NCBI RefSeq assembly: GCF_016127575.1 | Contig: NZ_CP066018.1 | Location: forward strand, 3,690,001 to 3,722,000 | Direction of reading: 5' to 3' | DNA: 32,000 bases | DNA from: Cupriavidus necator | GTDB lineage: Bacteria; Pseudomonadota; Gammaproteobacteria; Burkholderiales; Burkholderiaceae | Part shown: piece by piece, positions 1 through 8,989 of the stretch | Layout: every line of letters starts with the position of its first letter | Position numbering within the stretch: the stretch's first letter is position 1 | Program-made: the position numbers and the translations under genes | The notes under the pieces: model-generated | The model's input: only the letters and a program-made list of their open reading frames with translations | Database searches by the model: none | What the model was told of the DNA's origin: nothing

Positions 1-1352
1 TCTTCGACCTCGACGCCAGCGTTGACCGTTTCGATGACGAGGCGCTTGACAGCGGACGGGTGTTCTCGCCGCAGGATACGGCTTCGATGTTCCATACCGG
101 GGGCACCACCGGCACGCCCAAGCTGGCGCTGCACACGCATGGCAACGAAGTGTCGATGGCATGGGTCAGCGCCATGCAGATCGACGTGCAGCCCGAGGAC
201 GTACGCGTCTGCGGGGTGCCGATGTTCCACGTGACAGGGGTGCTGACCAATTGCCTGATGCCGCTGGCCCGCGGCGCATCGGTGGTGCTGCTGACGTCCA
301 GCGGCTGGCGTGATCCCTCGGTGATCCGCAATCTTTGGCAGATCGTCGATCACTTCGGGGTCACCGCGCTGGGCATGGTCCCCAGCGTGGTCAACATGGC
401 GCTGAATATTCCGATCGGCGACGCCGACATCAGCTCCCTCAAGGCGGCCAGCTGCGGTACGGCGCCGCTGTCGGTGGCCGTCGCCGAGGCGTTCGAGCAA
501 AAGACCGGCGCGATGATCTTCGAGGGATATGGGCTGACTGAAGGCACCGCGCTCAGTGCAACCAACCCGCGCTATGGCCAGCGGCGCATCGGCTCCATCG
601 GCCTGCCCATGGCCTACCAGGAGATGAAGGTCGTCAAGGTCGCCGCTGGACACATCCAGCGCGAATGCGAGCCGGGCGAACCTGGCATCGTGGTGGTGCG
701 CGGTCCCAATGTCTTCTCCGGCTACCTGAATCCCGAGCAGAACAAGAGCATCTGGTTCGAAGGCGGCTGGTTCAATACTGGCGACCTGGGCTATGTGGAC
801 GAGGATGGCTACTTCTGGCTGACCGGCCGGGCCAAGGACCTGATCATCCGCGGCGGCAACAATATCGATCCGCGCATGATCGAAGAGGCGCTGTATCGGC
901 ACCCCGAGGTATTCGATGCCGCCGCGGTCGGCCTGCCTGACGCGCATGCCGGTGAACTGCCGGTCGCGTACATCGCGCTCAAGCCGGGCAGCACCTTCCC
1001 GCTCGGCCGCATCAAGCACTACGCCTACGAGGTGATCCCGGAACGCGCCGCCGTGCCCAAGCAGTTCTACCTGGTCGACGCCATCCCCAAGACTGCCGTC
1101 GGCAAGATCCAGAAGAACACGCTGCGCAGCGACGCAGTACTGCGGGCGCAGCGGCAGATGCTTGCCGAGGTCAACGCGGATACGCCGGTGCCCCTGGTTG
1201 ATATCCGCATCGAAGACCGGGGCGACCAGGGCATCCTGTCCACGCTGGTGCTGCCCGCCACCCTGAGCAACGAAGACCGGGAGATCGCGGTGGCAACCAT
1301 CGGCAAGGCGTTCTCGACGCTGACCATCAAATACGCGGTGGTCTACGAATAG
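1..1352 (+). CDS. AMP-dependent acyl-CoA synthetase/ligase, 5' end outside the window
   Basis: Frame 3 is open from the window edge to TAG 1350-1352. Motifs present: MFHTGGTTGTPK (AMP-binding P-loop), GYGLTE, WFNTGDLG, PKTAVGKIQK. It also has a ~80-aa C-terminal extension. Confidence 0.9.
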   Translation, partial: FDLDASVDRFDDEALDSGRVFSPQDTASMFHTGGTTGTPKLALHTHGNEVSMAWVSAMQIDVQPEDVRVCGVPMFHVTGVLTNCLMPLARGASVVLLTSSGWRDPSVIRNLWQIVDHFGVTALGMVPSVVNMALNIPIGDADISSLKAASCGTAPLSVAVAEAFEQKTGAMIFEGYGLTEGTALSATNPRYGQRRIGSIGLPMAYQEMKVVKVAAGHIQRECEPGEPGIVVVRGPNVFSGYLNPEQNKSIWFEGGWFNTGDLGYVDEDGYFWLTGRAKDLIIRGGNNIDPRMIEEALYRHPEVFDAAAVGLPDAHAGELPVAYIALKPGSTFPLGRIKHYAYEVIPERAAVPKQFYLVDAIPKTAVGKIQKNTLRSDAVLRAQRQMLAEVNADTPVPLVDIRIEDRGDQGILSTLVLPATLSNEDREIAVATIGKAFSTLTIKYAVVYE

Positions 1353-1470
1353 CCCGTTCACCGAAGCAGGGCCTCGCCAGAGGCAGTGCTGGCCGGCAGC
1401 GCCTCACCCCGACGTATCCGTCACCACGGGTATGAGCTGCCGGATTGCAGAACCAATAATGGAGACAACC

Positions 1471-2472
1471 ATGACTATCCAGCTTTCGCGCCGGCGCCTG
1501 CTGCAGGCGGCGTGCGGCGCCGTGCCGGCAATGCTTGTGCCGTCCTTGCTGCGGGCTGAAGCGCCCTATCCGGGCAACCCGATCGTCGTCAAGGTCGCAT
1601 TTCCCGCTGGGGGTCCGGCGGACGAATCGATCCGCGCGGCAGCCGTCGTGATGAAAAGGAGCCTGGGGCAGAACGTTCTTGCCGACAACCTTCCCGGCGC
1701 AAGCGGATCGATCTGCGCCATGAACGTGCTGCGCGGTGCCAACGATGGCTACACCTTGCTGGGCACGACCGGCATCGACTTCCTGGTCGCGCCACTTACC
1801 ATCGCATCGGCGAAGTATTCGCCGGAGAAGTTCAGGCTGGCAGGCTTCAGCGGGATTTCGGACTTCATCCTGGTGTCGAATCCCTCGTTGCAGTTCAAGA
1901 ACGTCGACGAAGTCATTGCCTACGCGAAGAACCCGAAGAACCGCCCGCTGTCGCTGGCGCATTGGGGCCCTGGCTCGGGACCCCACCTGGTCGGGGCCGA
2001 CTTCCAGGCCCGCACCGGCGCACGCTTCCTGGAAGTCCCCTACAAGGGCGCGGCGCCGGTCACCAGCGACATTGCCGGTGCGCAGGTAGACCTGACCTTC
2101 ATTCCCATGGGAGGTCCGACTTACGGGATGATCAAGGCCGGCCGCTTCCGGCCGATCGGTGTCGCCAGCAAGGCCCGGCATCCGTCGTTGCCCGATGTGC
2201 CGGCGCTGTCGGAATACAAGGACCTGGCCGACTTCGAGTACAGCCAGTGGGCGGGCGTGCTGGCCCCGCCGAATACACCGGATGCCGTGACGGCACGGGT
2301 GGTGGAGGCCATGAATGCGTGGGTGGGCAGCCCGGAAAACCGTACCCGGCGCGCCGTCAATCTCCAGCGCGCGATCGAGCCGATGACCATGGCCCAGGCG
2401 CAAGCCTTCCTGAGCAACGAACACGCCAAGCTGACCCGCATTGCCAAGAGCCTCAGGCTGGCCGGGCAATAA
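1471..2472 (+). CDS. Bug-family (TctC-like) periplasmic substrate-binding protein of a tripartite tricarboxylate-type transporter
   Basis: Lies in ORF 1432..2472. ATG 1471 is preferred because GGAGA sits at 1461-1465. The N-terminus MTIQLSRRRLLQAACGA.. looks like a signal peptide. Bug-like blocks include PYPGNPIVVKVAFPAGGPAD and LEVPYKGAAP. Alternative start at 1459. Confidence 0.85.
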   Translation: MTIQLSRRRLLQAACGAVPAMLVPSLLRAEAPYPGNPIVVKVAFPAGGPADESIRAAAVVMKRSLGQNVLADNLPGASGSICAMNVLRGANDGYTLLGTTGIDFLVAPLTIASAKYSPEKFRLAGFSGISDFILVSNPSLQFKNVDEVIAYAKNPKNRPLSLAHWGPGSGPHLVGADFQARTGARFLEVPYKGAAPVTSDIAGAQVDLTFIPMGGPTYGMIKAGRFRPIGVASKARHPSLPDVPALSEYKDLADFEYSQWAGVLAPPNTPDAVTARVVEAMNAWVGSPENRTRRAVNLQRAIEPMTMAQAQAFLSNEHAKLTRIAKSLRLAGQ

Positions 2473-2510
2473 GACCCGGTGGTAATGCGGTCAGCCCGCC
2501 TGTGCCGCGG

Positions 2511-3341
2511 CTATGCCGGATCGCCGCGGCGCAAGCTGGCAAAATCCGCAGGACGTTTCCCCAGGAAAGCGGCAATGCCCTCCGCGGCTTCGGCGCTGCC
2601 CTGGGCCACGGCCATCGCGCCCCGTTCAGCCTCGAGTTGCTCATCGAGCGAGCGCTCGTGCGCATGGCGGCACAGCGCCTTGATTGATCCCAGCGCCTGC
2701 TGCGGGCCCTGGGCAAGCCGCGCCGCCAGCGCGATCGCCGCCGCGCCGGCCTGGCCCGCCTTAACCAGTTGATTGACGACGCCGAAGTGCTGCAGCTGCT
2801 CGGCCGTGATGCGGTCGCCAGTCAACGCCAACTGCGTCAGCACCTGCCGCGAGAGGCTCTGCGCCAGCAGGCCGGTGATGCCGCCATCCGGTGTCAGCCC
2901 CACCTTCACATAGGCAATCGAGAACGCTGTGCCGGCGGAAGCCACCAGCAAATCGCAGGCTAGTGCCAGCGAGAAGCCCGCACCTGCCGCACCGCCTTCG
3001 ACCGCTGCGACGATCGGCTTGGGAAAGTCGCGCAGCTTGCACACCACGTCGTGCAGATGCCCCAGCTTCTCGATGCGCTCCTCGTAGGTCAGTTCGCGCC
3101 GCTTGCTGATCAATTCCAGGTCGCCGCCCGCACAGAAATAGTCGCCGGCCCCCGTCAGCACGATCGCGCCAATCGCCGGATCCTCTGCTGCATTGGCCAG
3201 TGCGGCGCGGATATTGTCATAGAGATCCGCCGCGATGGCGTTGCGTTTGCCCGGATTGTTGATGGCAAGGACCAGCACGCTGCCTTCCGTGCGCTGCAAC
3301 AGGGAGGAAAAGGTAGTCATGTCGTGATTGGTGATTTCCAT
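2511..3341 (-). CDS. enoyl-CoA hydratase/isomerase (crotonase) family protein
   Basis: Crotonase blocks: LAINNPGKRNA, DYFCAGGDL, AAVEGGAAGAGFSLALACD. It starts 18 nt after the stop of the upstream PanE-like gene. The start is ambiguous (ATG 3341 or 3320). Confidence 0.85.
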   Translation of the reverse strand: MEITNHDMTTFSSLLQRTEGSVLVLAINNPGKRNAIAADLYDNIRAALANAAEDPAIGAIVLTGAGDYFCAGGDLELISKRRELTYEERIEKLGHLHDVVCKLRDFPKPIVAAVEGGAAGAGFSLALACDLLVASAGTAFSIAYVKVGLTPDGGITGLLAQSLSRQVLTQLALTGDRITAEQLQHFGVVNQLVKAGQAGAAAIALAARLAQGPQQALGSIKALCRHAHERSLDEQLEAERGAMAVAQGSAEAAEGIAAFLGKRPADFASLRRGDPA

Positions 3342-3358
3342 GAATGGGCGAAGGCTGC

Positions 3359-4297
3359 TCAACCAGCCGTCTGGTGCGCAGCGCGCTGGCGCTGATAGAC
3401 CTGCAGGTGGCAATATGCCGCACGGCTCAACGGAAGCTCATGCCCGTACCCGGCTGCGCGCTTGATGAGATCGCCGACGATGGCGTCGGCTTCTATGCGT
3501 GGGGCGCCCCGCGCTATATCCCGCATCATCGAGGCAGCCCAGGTCGATGCTTCGTCCAGCAGTCGGGCCTGCATGGCAGCGACAACGGGTTCAGGGATGG
3601 CATGGCCGTACAGTTGCGCCACCGTGCGGCACTCCGCAATCGCGTCAAGCATCAGGCGACGGCCATCCTGGGTCTTCATGATGTCCGCCACGGTCCCGCG
3701 CATCAGGCATGTCATCACTGCGCCGGCGGCAATCATGGCCCACTTGTTCCACAGCTCCTGCCCGATGGCGCCCGATAGCTCACGCGTACCGGCCGCCCTG
3801 GACACCAGCGCATGGAAATCCGCGGCCAATGCCGACCCCTGCGCGGCGCGCGGGCCGACTACCAGCCGGTCCATGCGGCCGGCGTGCACGACGGTTCCAT
3901 CCGCCGCCAGCGTTGTCGCTATGTATGCGACTCCACCCAGCACGCGTTGCCTGCCAAAGCACTGGTCGAGCCGGTCATAGGCGTCAAGGCCGTTGAGCAG
4001 AGGCAATACCGCAGTGTCCCGGCCAACGGCCGGGCTGATGGCCCGGATCGCGTCGGCAAGGTCGTAGGCCTTGCATGCCAGCAGTACCACGTCGAACTGC
4101 GCGCCGACCTGACCGGCCAGGACCATCTTTACCGGGCGATGGAAGTCGCCAAGTTCGCTACGCACGGCCAGGCCAACCCGTTCCAGCGCCCGCGCGCGGC
4201 CGGGCCGCAACATGAAGGTGACATCCGCGCCTGCCTCGATCAGGCGCGCGCCATAGTAGCCGCCCATGCCCCCGGCACCGAGTACAAGAATCTTCAT
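3359..4297 (-). CDS. 2-dehydropantoate 2-reductase (ApbA/PanE) family oxidoreductase
   Basis: N-terminal Rossmann motif [22 protein letters not shown] 4295-4297 overlaps the MaoC stop as ATGA, which suggests translational coupling. The annotated upstream ORF extension has no support. Confidence 0.8.
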   Translation of the reverse strand: MKILVLGAGGMGGYYGARLIEAGADVTFMLRPGRARALERVGLAVRSELGDFHRPVKMVLAGQVGAQFDVVLLACKAYDLADAIRAISPAVGRDTAVLPLLNGLDAYDRLDQCFGRQRVLGGVAYIATTLAADGTVVHAGRMDRLVVGPRAAQGSALAADFHALVSRAAGTRELSGAIGQELWNKWAMIAAGAVMTCLMRGTVADIMKTQDGRRLMLDAIAECRTVAQLYGHAIPEPVVAAMQARLLDEASTWAASMMRDIARGAPRIEADAIVGDLIKRAAGYGHELPLSRAAYCHLQVYQRQRAAHQTAG

Positions 4298-4767
4298 GAC
4301 GCCTCTGCCTGCGCGGCGGCTGCGGGGCGGCACTGGACGATCAGGTTGCCGGTGAAAACCTGCACTGGCTCGTCGGCCTGGTTGAAGGTTGTGGTACGCA
4401 CCTTCACCACGCCCTGGTCGGGGCGCGATTTCGAAATCCGCACTTCAAGTATCTCGCTCTCGATATGCAGTTCATCGCCAGGGCGAACCGGCCTTGGCCA
4501 GCGCAGCTCCTCGAAGCCCGCGCCGACGATGCCGCCCGCGGGCCGGAATTCGCCGTCGACCAGCAGGCGCATCGTCAGCGCAGCGGTATGCCAACCGCTC
4601 GCAGCCAGTCCACGAAATAGTGTGTCGCGGGCGGCGGCTTCATCGAGATGGAAGGGCTGCGGGTCGAACTCGGCAGCAAAGGCCTTGATCCGTTCAGGCG
4701 CGACGGTCAGCCGCCCCGAACCGTATCGTTGGCCCGCCGCGAGATCCTCGATGTATTGAATGTTCAT
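4294..4767 (-). CDS. MaoC-like (R)-specific enoyl-CoA hydratase / hot-dog dehydratase
   Basis: 157 aa. MaoC N-terminal-type sequence: ..[39 protein letters not shown]... A GGAGGAG Shine-Dalgarno sequence lies just upstream of ATG 4767. Confidence 0.85.
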   Translation of the reverse strand: MNIQYIEDLAAGQRYGSGRLTVAPERIKAFAAEFDPQPFHLDEAAARDTLFRGLAASGWHTAALTMRLLVDGEFRPAGGIVGAGFEELRWPRPVRPGDELHIESEILEVRISKSRPDQGVVKVRTTTFNQADEPVQVFTGNLIVQCRPAAAAQAEAS

Positions 4768-4832
4768 TTTCTCCTCCAGATGGTTTGTGCTGAACTTTGC
4801 ATCAATGCATGCCCGCTACGAGAACAGACGGA

Positions 4833-6020
4833 TCAGGCCAGCGTCTCGAGCGCCAGCGCAATCCCTTGTCCGCCGCCGATGCACAGCGTGACGATGCCGC
4901 GCCGTATGCCGTCGGCGCGCATGGCATGCAGCAGCCGCGTCGTCAGCACCGCGCCGGTCGCACCGATCGGATGGCCGTGGGCAATGGCGCCACCGTCGAC
5001 GTTGATGATGTCGTGCGGCAATCCGAGCTCCACCGCGACAGCCAGCGGCACCGCGGCAAATGCTTCATTGATCTCGATGCGTTCAATGTCGCCCAGCTCC
5101 CAGCCGGCGCGTTGCAGCGCCTGCCGCACCGCCGGGACCGGGCCCAGCCCGAACATGCCGGGCTCCACGGCCCCGACACCGTAAGCGGCCAATCGTCCCA
5201 ACGGCTGCAGCCCCCTGGCTTCAGCCAGCGCACGTTCGGCAATGATCATGGCCGCTGCGCCGCTGTTGAGCCCGGGCGCATTGCCGGCGGTAATCGTGCC
5301 GTCCGGGCGAAACGCCGGCTTGAGCCGGCCGAGCGTATCGAGGCTGGTATCAGGGCGGTTGGCTTCGTCCACTTCGAACATGGCCGTACCGCCCTTCCCT
5401 TTGGTCGCCACCCCGGCAATCTGGCCGGTGAATCGCCCGTTCGCCTGCGCCAGCGCGAAATTCCGCTGCGAACGCTCGGCCCAGCGGTCTTGGGCCTCGC
5501 GGGTCAGCGCGTAGCGGGCGACAAGGTCCTCGGTATGCCATCCGGAGTGCTCACCGGAGAAGGCGTCAAACAGGCCGTCGTGCAGCATGCTGTCGTACAG
5601 GACGGAATCGCCCATGCGTTGACCCCAGCGGCCGGACGGCATCAGGTATGGCGCGCGATCCATGTTTTCCATGCCGCCGGCGATGGCGATATCTACATAG
5701 CCGAGCCGTACCTCGTCCGCTGCCGTGGCGATGGCCTGGGCCCCCGAGCCGCAAACGCGGTTGACGGTCATCGCCGGAACCGAAACCGGCAGCCCTGCCC
5801 CAATGGCAGCCTGCCGGGCCGGGTTCATGCGGTTGCCGGCCTGGATCACATTTCCGAACACCACGCTGCCGACCTCGCCTGGATCGATTCCCGCCCGTGC
5901 CACGGTTGCCCGTATCGCTGCGGCGCCGAGATCAACCGCCGGAACGGCCTTCAGTGAGCCGTTGTAGGCGCCAATGGCGGTGCGCACCGGCTGGCACAGC
6001 ACGACATCTCTTGCATGCAT
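4833..6020 (-). CDS. acetyl-CoA C-acyltransferase (thiolase)
   Basis: Thiolase signatures: NRVCGSGAQAI (active-site Cys), NEAFAAV, GGAIAHGHPIGATG, CIGGGQG. ATG 6020 is preceded by GGGAGA. It is the first gene of the minus-strand operon 6020->2511. Confidence 0.9.
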   Translation of the reverse strand: MHARDVVLCQPVRTAIGAYNGSLKAVPAVDLGAAAIRATVARAGIDPGEVGSVVFGNVIQAGNRMNPARQAAIGAGLPVSVPAMTVNRVCGSGAQAIATAADEVRLGYVDIAIAGGMENMDRAPYLMPSGRWGQRMGDSVLYDSMLHDGLFDAFSGEHSGWHTEDLVARYALTREAQDRWAERSQRNFALAQANGRFTGQIAGVATKGKGGTAMFEVDEANRPDTSLDTLGRLKPAFRPDGTITAGNAPGLNSGAAAMIIAERALAEARGLQPLGRLAAYGVGAVEPGMFGLGPVPAVRQALQRAGWELGDIERIEINEAFAAVPLAVAVELGLPHDIINVDGGAIAHGHPIGATGAVLTTRLLHAMRADGIRRGIVTLCIGGGQGIALALETLA

Positions 6021-6136
6021 CGCATTCTCCCTACCAAACAATCAGTTTCAATCGGCCGCACGCACTCCATGCGGTATGCGCCCGGTAGCCGGGTCTTGAA
6101 GGTTGCAACAAGAATTGGCTGCGCGGGAAATCCGGC

Positions 6137-6625
6137 TCAGGCTTCCGCCGAGCGCGACAACCGCTGGCGCACGCGGTCACTGGCGGCGGGGCCGGGTGCA
6201 AGGTGATAGTCGGCATCGGTGACCGGGCGCCCGTTGGCGGCGTCGACCAGCACAGGTTCCACGCGCACGCCGGTGCGCCGGTTCGTCAACTGCACGCTTT
6301 CGCCTTCAGGCGCGAGATGCTTGTTGCCCCAGGCCAGCATCGCCAGCAGCACCTGGCGGAAATCGCGCCCGCGCGCGGTCAGGATGTACTCGGAGCGGGG
6401 CGGGCGGTCGCAGTACTGGCGACGCTCAAGCATGCCTTCTTCGACAAGCGAGTTCAGGCGACGCGTGAGCATATTGGGCGCGATAGCCAGGTTTTGCTGG
6501 AACTCGTCGAACCGGGTCACGCCGTAAAAGGCTTCGCGCAGGATCAATACGCTCCAGCTGTCGGCGACGCGGGCCGCGGTGCGAGCAATCGGACACGGCG
6601 TTTCGCCAAGTGGCTTCTTCTGCAT
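6137..6625 (-). CDS. HxlR-family winged-helix transcriptional regulator
   Basis: MQKKPLGETPCPIARTAARVADSWSVLILREAFYGVTRFDEFQQNLAIAPNMLTRRLNSLVEEGMLERR is a typical HxlR core. ATG 6625 is preceded by AGGAAG. The longer ORF (to 6853) has no family-like sequence. Confidence 0.8.
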   Translation of the reverse strand: MQKKPLGETPCPIARTAARVADSWSVLILREAFYGVTRFDEFQQNLAIAPNMLTRRLNSLVEEGMLERRQYCDRPPRSEYILTARGRDFRQVLLAMLAWGNKHLAPEGESVQLTNRRTGVRVEPVLVDAANGRPVTDADYHLAPGPAASDRVRQRLSRSAEA

Positions 6626-6668
6626 GATTGGCTTCCTTGAGAGACTGCTTGCTATCGATATGAAAGTC

Positions 6669-6697
6669 AGTCTAGGGTAGTCACTATCATCATGCAA
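6669..6697 (-). promoter_or_regulatory. sigma70-like promoter candidate for hxlR (TTGCAT-17 nt-TAGACT)
   Basis: Read on the minus strand: TTGCAT (6692-6697), a 17-nt spacer, then TAGACT (6669-6674). It lies ~40 nt upstream of the hxlR ATG. It shares the 10-mer CCCTAGACTG with the AKR promoter module. Confidence 0.3.
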
Positions 6698-6944
6698 GTT
6701 CGTTTTTCGCTTGTGCTGTATTCGTCGCTGTTGAAGAGGTGTGAGCAATGCCGCAAGACCACCCAACGCGGAGAAGGCCATCGGAATGAAGGTCAGCCCG
6801 GCCGCGTACGATTTTACGTCGTTGTTGACCGGCAAAATCCGTAACGTTGCCAAGCACTATGTCGGCGGCTACATGAGCTACGAAGTCACGCCGCTGCTCA
6901 AGTGGCAAAGCTAGCGTTCGGCAATCTCGAGAACTAGCCACCGC

Positions 6945-7205
6945 TCAAACTCCCGGATCGTCAAGGAGGCTTTCGTCCACGGGCAAGCCGTCCGGATTGG
7001 TGTGATAGAACGCATCCACGTGCGTCGCGATATGGTCGATCGTAGCGATGAACGTCGTGGCGAACGTCATCTTGTCTTCCGGCACGACCAAGCCAAAGGA
7101 CTGTGTCTTTTGATGCGTCAGATGCGGCGTGACGATCGGACGCTGGAACAGCTTGTGCGCCGGCATGTTGTCAGACAGCGTCAGGTCAACGATACGTTGT
7201 GGCAT
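6945..7205 (-). pseudogene. N-terminal fragment of a cyclase-family (kynurenine-formamidase-like) protein
   Basis: The 86-aa ORF begins like cyclase-family proteins (RIVDLTLSDNMP..). It carries the H-x-x-T-H-x-D-A-x-x-H metal-binding box (HIATHVDAFYH) but stops roughly one third of the way through a normal family member. Local GC is visibly lower. Confidence 0.6.
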
Positions 7206-7316
7206 TTCCCTTCTCCTTTCTTACTCTCAGTGAAAACACGTGAATTCCTCTTACCGACCGGTCGGCCGATACAGCGGTGATTCGACAATCCAATAGGACC
7301 AATAGGGCGACAGACT

Positions 7317-8048
7317 TCAAGCTGCCTTTCCCAGGTATGCCTCCATCACCGCCGGGTTTCCGGCAAGTTGTGCCGACGGACCACTCATGGTGATGCGACC
7401 GTTCTCCATCACGTAAGCACGAGTGGTTACGGAAAGTGCCTGCACGGCCAGTTGTTCGACGAGCAGAATTGCCAAGCCCTGCCGGTTCAACTCTTTCAAG
7501 ACCGGAAATAGAAAATCGAGGACCTTGGGCGCTAGACCGAGAGATACTTCGTCGATCATCAACAACCTGGGCTTGGACAATAGCCCCCGACCAATCGCAA
7601 GCATTTGCTGCTCGCCACCCGAGAGGGAACCTGCAGCTTGCAATCGCCGTTCCTTCAAGCGTGAAAAGAGGTCGTAGATCCTGTCGATATCTCCCCGCAG
7701 GGACGCGACGCCCTTTCGCTGAGCGTGTATGTAGCCACCGAGGATGAGATTGTCTTCCACGGTCTGATCCGCGAAAACGTAACGCCCCTCTGGTACCATC
7801 GCGATTCCGCACGCAACCATTTCGTGCGGACCACGGCCATGCACCTGCTTCCCTGCATAAGTAATGGCGCCGGCAACCGGCTTCACGACCCCCGCGATGG
7901 CCTTGAGAGTTGAGCTCTTTCCAGCGCCATTTGATCCGATGATGCTGACGAACTCGCCCTCGTGAACTTCGAGGGAAACCGCACGTGCCGCTTCGATCCG
8001 TCCATAGTTCACGGATACGCCATCAAGTTTCAATAAGGGGTTGCTCAT
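7317..8048 (-). CDS. livF: branched-chain amino acid ABC transporter ATP-binding protein (LivF type)
   Basis: Walker A GSNGAGKSST, ABC signature LSGGEQQMLAIGR, Walker B LLMIDEVSLGL, and a LivF-like C-terminus NPAVMEAYLG. ATGA overlap with the upstream livG fragment. Confidence 0.85.
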   Translation of the reverse strand: MSNPLLKLDGVSVNYGRIEAARAVSLEVHEGEFVSIIGSNGAGKSSTLKAIAGVVKPVAGAITYAGKQVHGRGPHEMVACGIAMVPEGRYVFADQTVEDNLILGGYIHAQRKGVASLRGDIDRIYDLFSRLKERRLQAAGSLSGGEQQMLAIGRGLLSKPRLLMIDEVSLGLAPKVLDFLFPVLKELNRQGLAILLVEQLAVQALSVTTRAYVMENGRITMSGPSAQLAGNPAVMEAYLGKAA

Positions 8049-8320
8049 GACCGCACCTCCAGCGCAGGCTCAGGATCTTCCTGTGACTTGCTTGAGCCAA
8101 AATAGGCTTCAATCACGGCAGGATTGTTTCGGACTTCGGCCACCGGCCCCGACGCGATTACTTTTCCGTAATCCAGGACGGTCACATGGTCCGAAACAGC
8201 CATGATCATGTCCACATGGTGCTCGACAAGAATCATCGTCATGTGACGTGCGGCAAGGTCCCGGATCAGTCCACTGAGGCTTTCGATTTCGCCGTGCGTA
8301 AGGCCCGCTGCAGGCTCGTA
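8045..8320 (-). pseudogene. livG: 3' fragment of a LivG-type ABC ATPase, 5'-truncated
   Basis: My own translation upstream of the listed 65-aa ORF reads (stop)YEPAAGLTHGEIESLSGLIRDLAARHMTMILVEHHVDMIM..NPAVIEAYFG. The gene therefore begins abruptly inside the Walker B region at ~8320. Walker A, the signature motif and a start codon are all missing. Confidence 0.75.
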
Positions 8321-8322
8321 TC

Positions 8323-8570
8323 ATGGCCACGCTGACCATTCGAAACATTGACCACGAGCTGAAAGCACGCCTGCGCATCGAAGCCGCGCAGCACGGCCGC
8401 TCCATGGAGGAAGAGGTGCGCGAGATTCTGCGGCGCGCGCTCAACAAGCGACCGGGCCCCCGGGCGGCCTGGGAAGCCGGTTGCATCAGCGATTTGTAAC
8501 ACTAGCCGATCCGGGGTTGGATCTTCCCTTGCGCGTGGAGCGACCGCGGTCGGCGGATTTGCCTGAATGA
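8323..8570 (+). pseudogene. vapB: VapB/FitA-like ribbon-helix-helix antitoxin, frameshifted
   Basis: Not in the ORF track (<60 aa). ATG 8323 gives MATLTIRNIDHELKARLRIEAAQHGRSMEEEVREILRRAL.., then runs into TAA 8497. The expected C-terminus GLGSRLHQRFVTLADPGLDLPLRVERPRSADLPE* is in another frame and ends at TGA 8568-8570. The frame switch sits at the GGGCCCCCGGG run (C5 at 8457-8461). Confidence 0.7.
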
Positions 8571-8983
8571 TCGTCCTCGACACCAATGTCCTGTCGGAGC
8601 TCATGCGGGCCTAGGCGGAGCCAGCCGTCGTCGATTGGCTGGACCGGCAGGAACAAGAATCGCTAGCCATAACCGCCGTGACGGTTGCCGAACTCTTGTA
8701 TGGAATAGCGCGTTTGCCGGACGGGCGCCGCAAAACCGGACTAGAGGAAGCCGCGCTGCAGATGCTCGATGAGGAATTCGCCGGCCGGGTGCTTCCTTTC
8801 GACGAGGACGCCGCCGTTCACTACGCCGCGCTCGTATCCCGGCGAGAGCACGCGGGTCGTCCGATTAGCATGGCGGATGCGCAGATTGCAGCTATTTGCC
8901 TGCACCACGCCGCCGCGCTGGCCACGCGTAACAGCAAAGACTTCGAAGGAGTCGGCATCGTTCTGGCCAATCCCTGGGAAACG
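8567..8983 (+). pseudogene. vapC: VapC/FitB-like PIN-domain toxin with an in-frame TAG at codon 16
   Basis: ATG 8567 overlaps the vapB stop (ATGA). Translation is MIVLDTNVLSELMRA, then TAG (8612-8614), then AEPAVVDWLDRQ..ITAVTVAELLYGIARLPDGRRK..ATRNSKDFEGVGIVLANPWE. This is a full PIN domain apart from the nonsense codon. The ORF track only shows the part restarting at 8678. Confidence 0.75.
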
Positions 8984-8989
8984 AGCCAA

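Noticed and set aside
1455-1476. Near-identical start context ATGGAGACAAC(C/G)ATG at the TctC-like gene (1459-1473) and the MFS gene (20430-20444). Both give an apparent METTM N-terminus.
   Set aside because: The shared 11-mer is best explained as a strong GGAGA Shine-Dalgarno sequence with optimal spacing to the second ATG. The upstream ATG is part of the SD context. There is no extended similarity on either side, so I used it only to choose start codons.
6741-6914. Short plus-strand ORF divergent from hxlR (..AEKAIGMKVSPAAYDFTSLLTGKIRNVAKHYVGGYMSYEVTPLLKWQS*) with fairly coding-like third-position GC.
   Set aside because: It has no SD sequence, no convincing start codon and no family I recognise. 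It may be the 3' remnant of the gene HxlR once regulated, but I cannot support a call. A BLASTX search would settle it.
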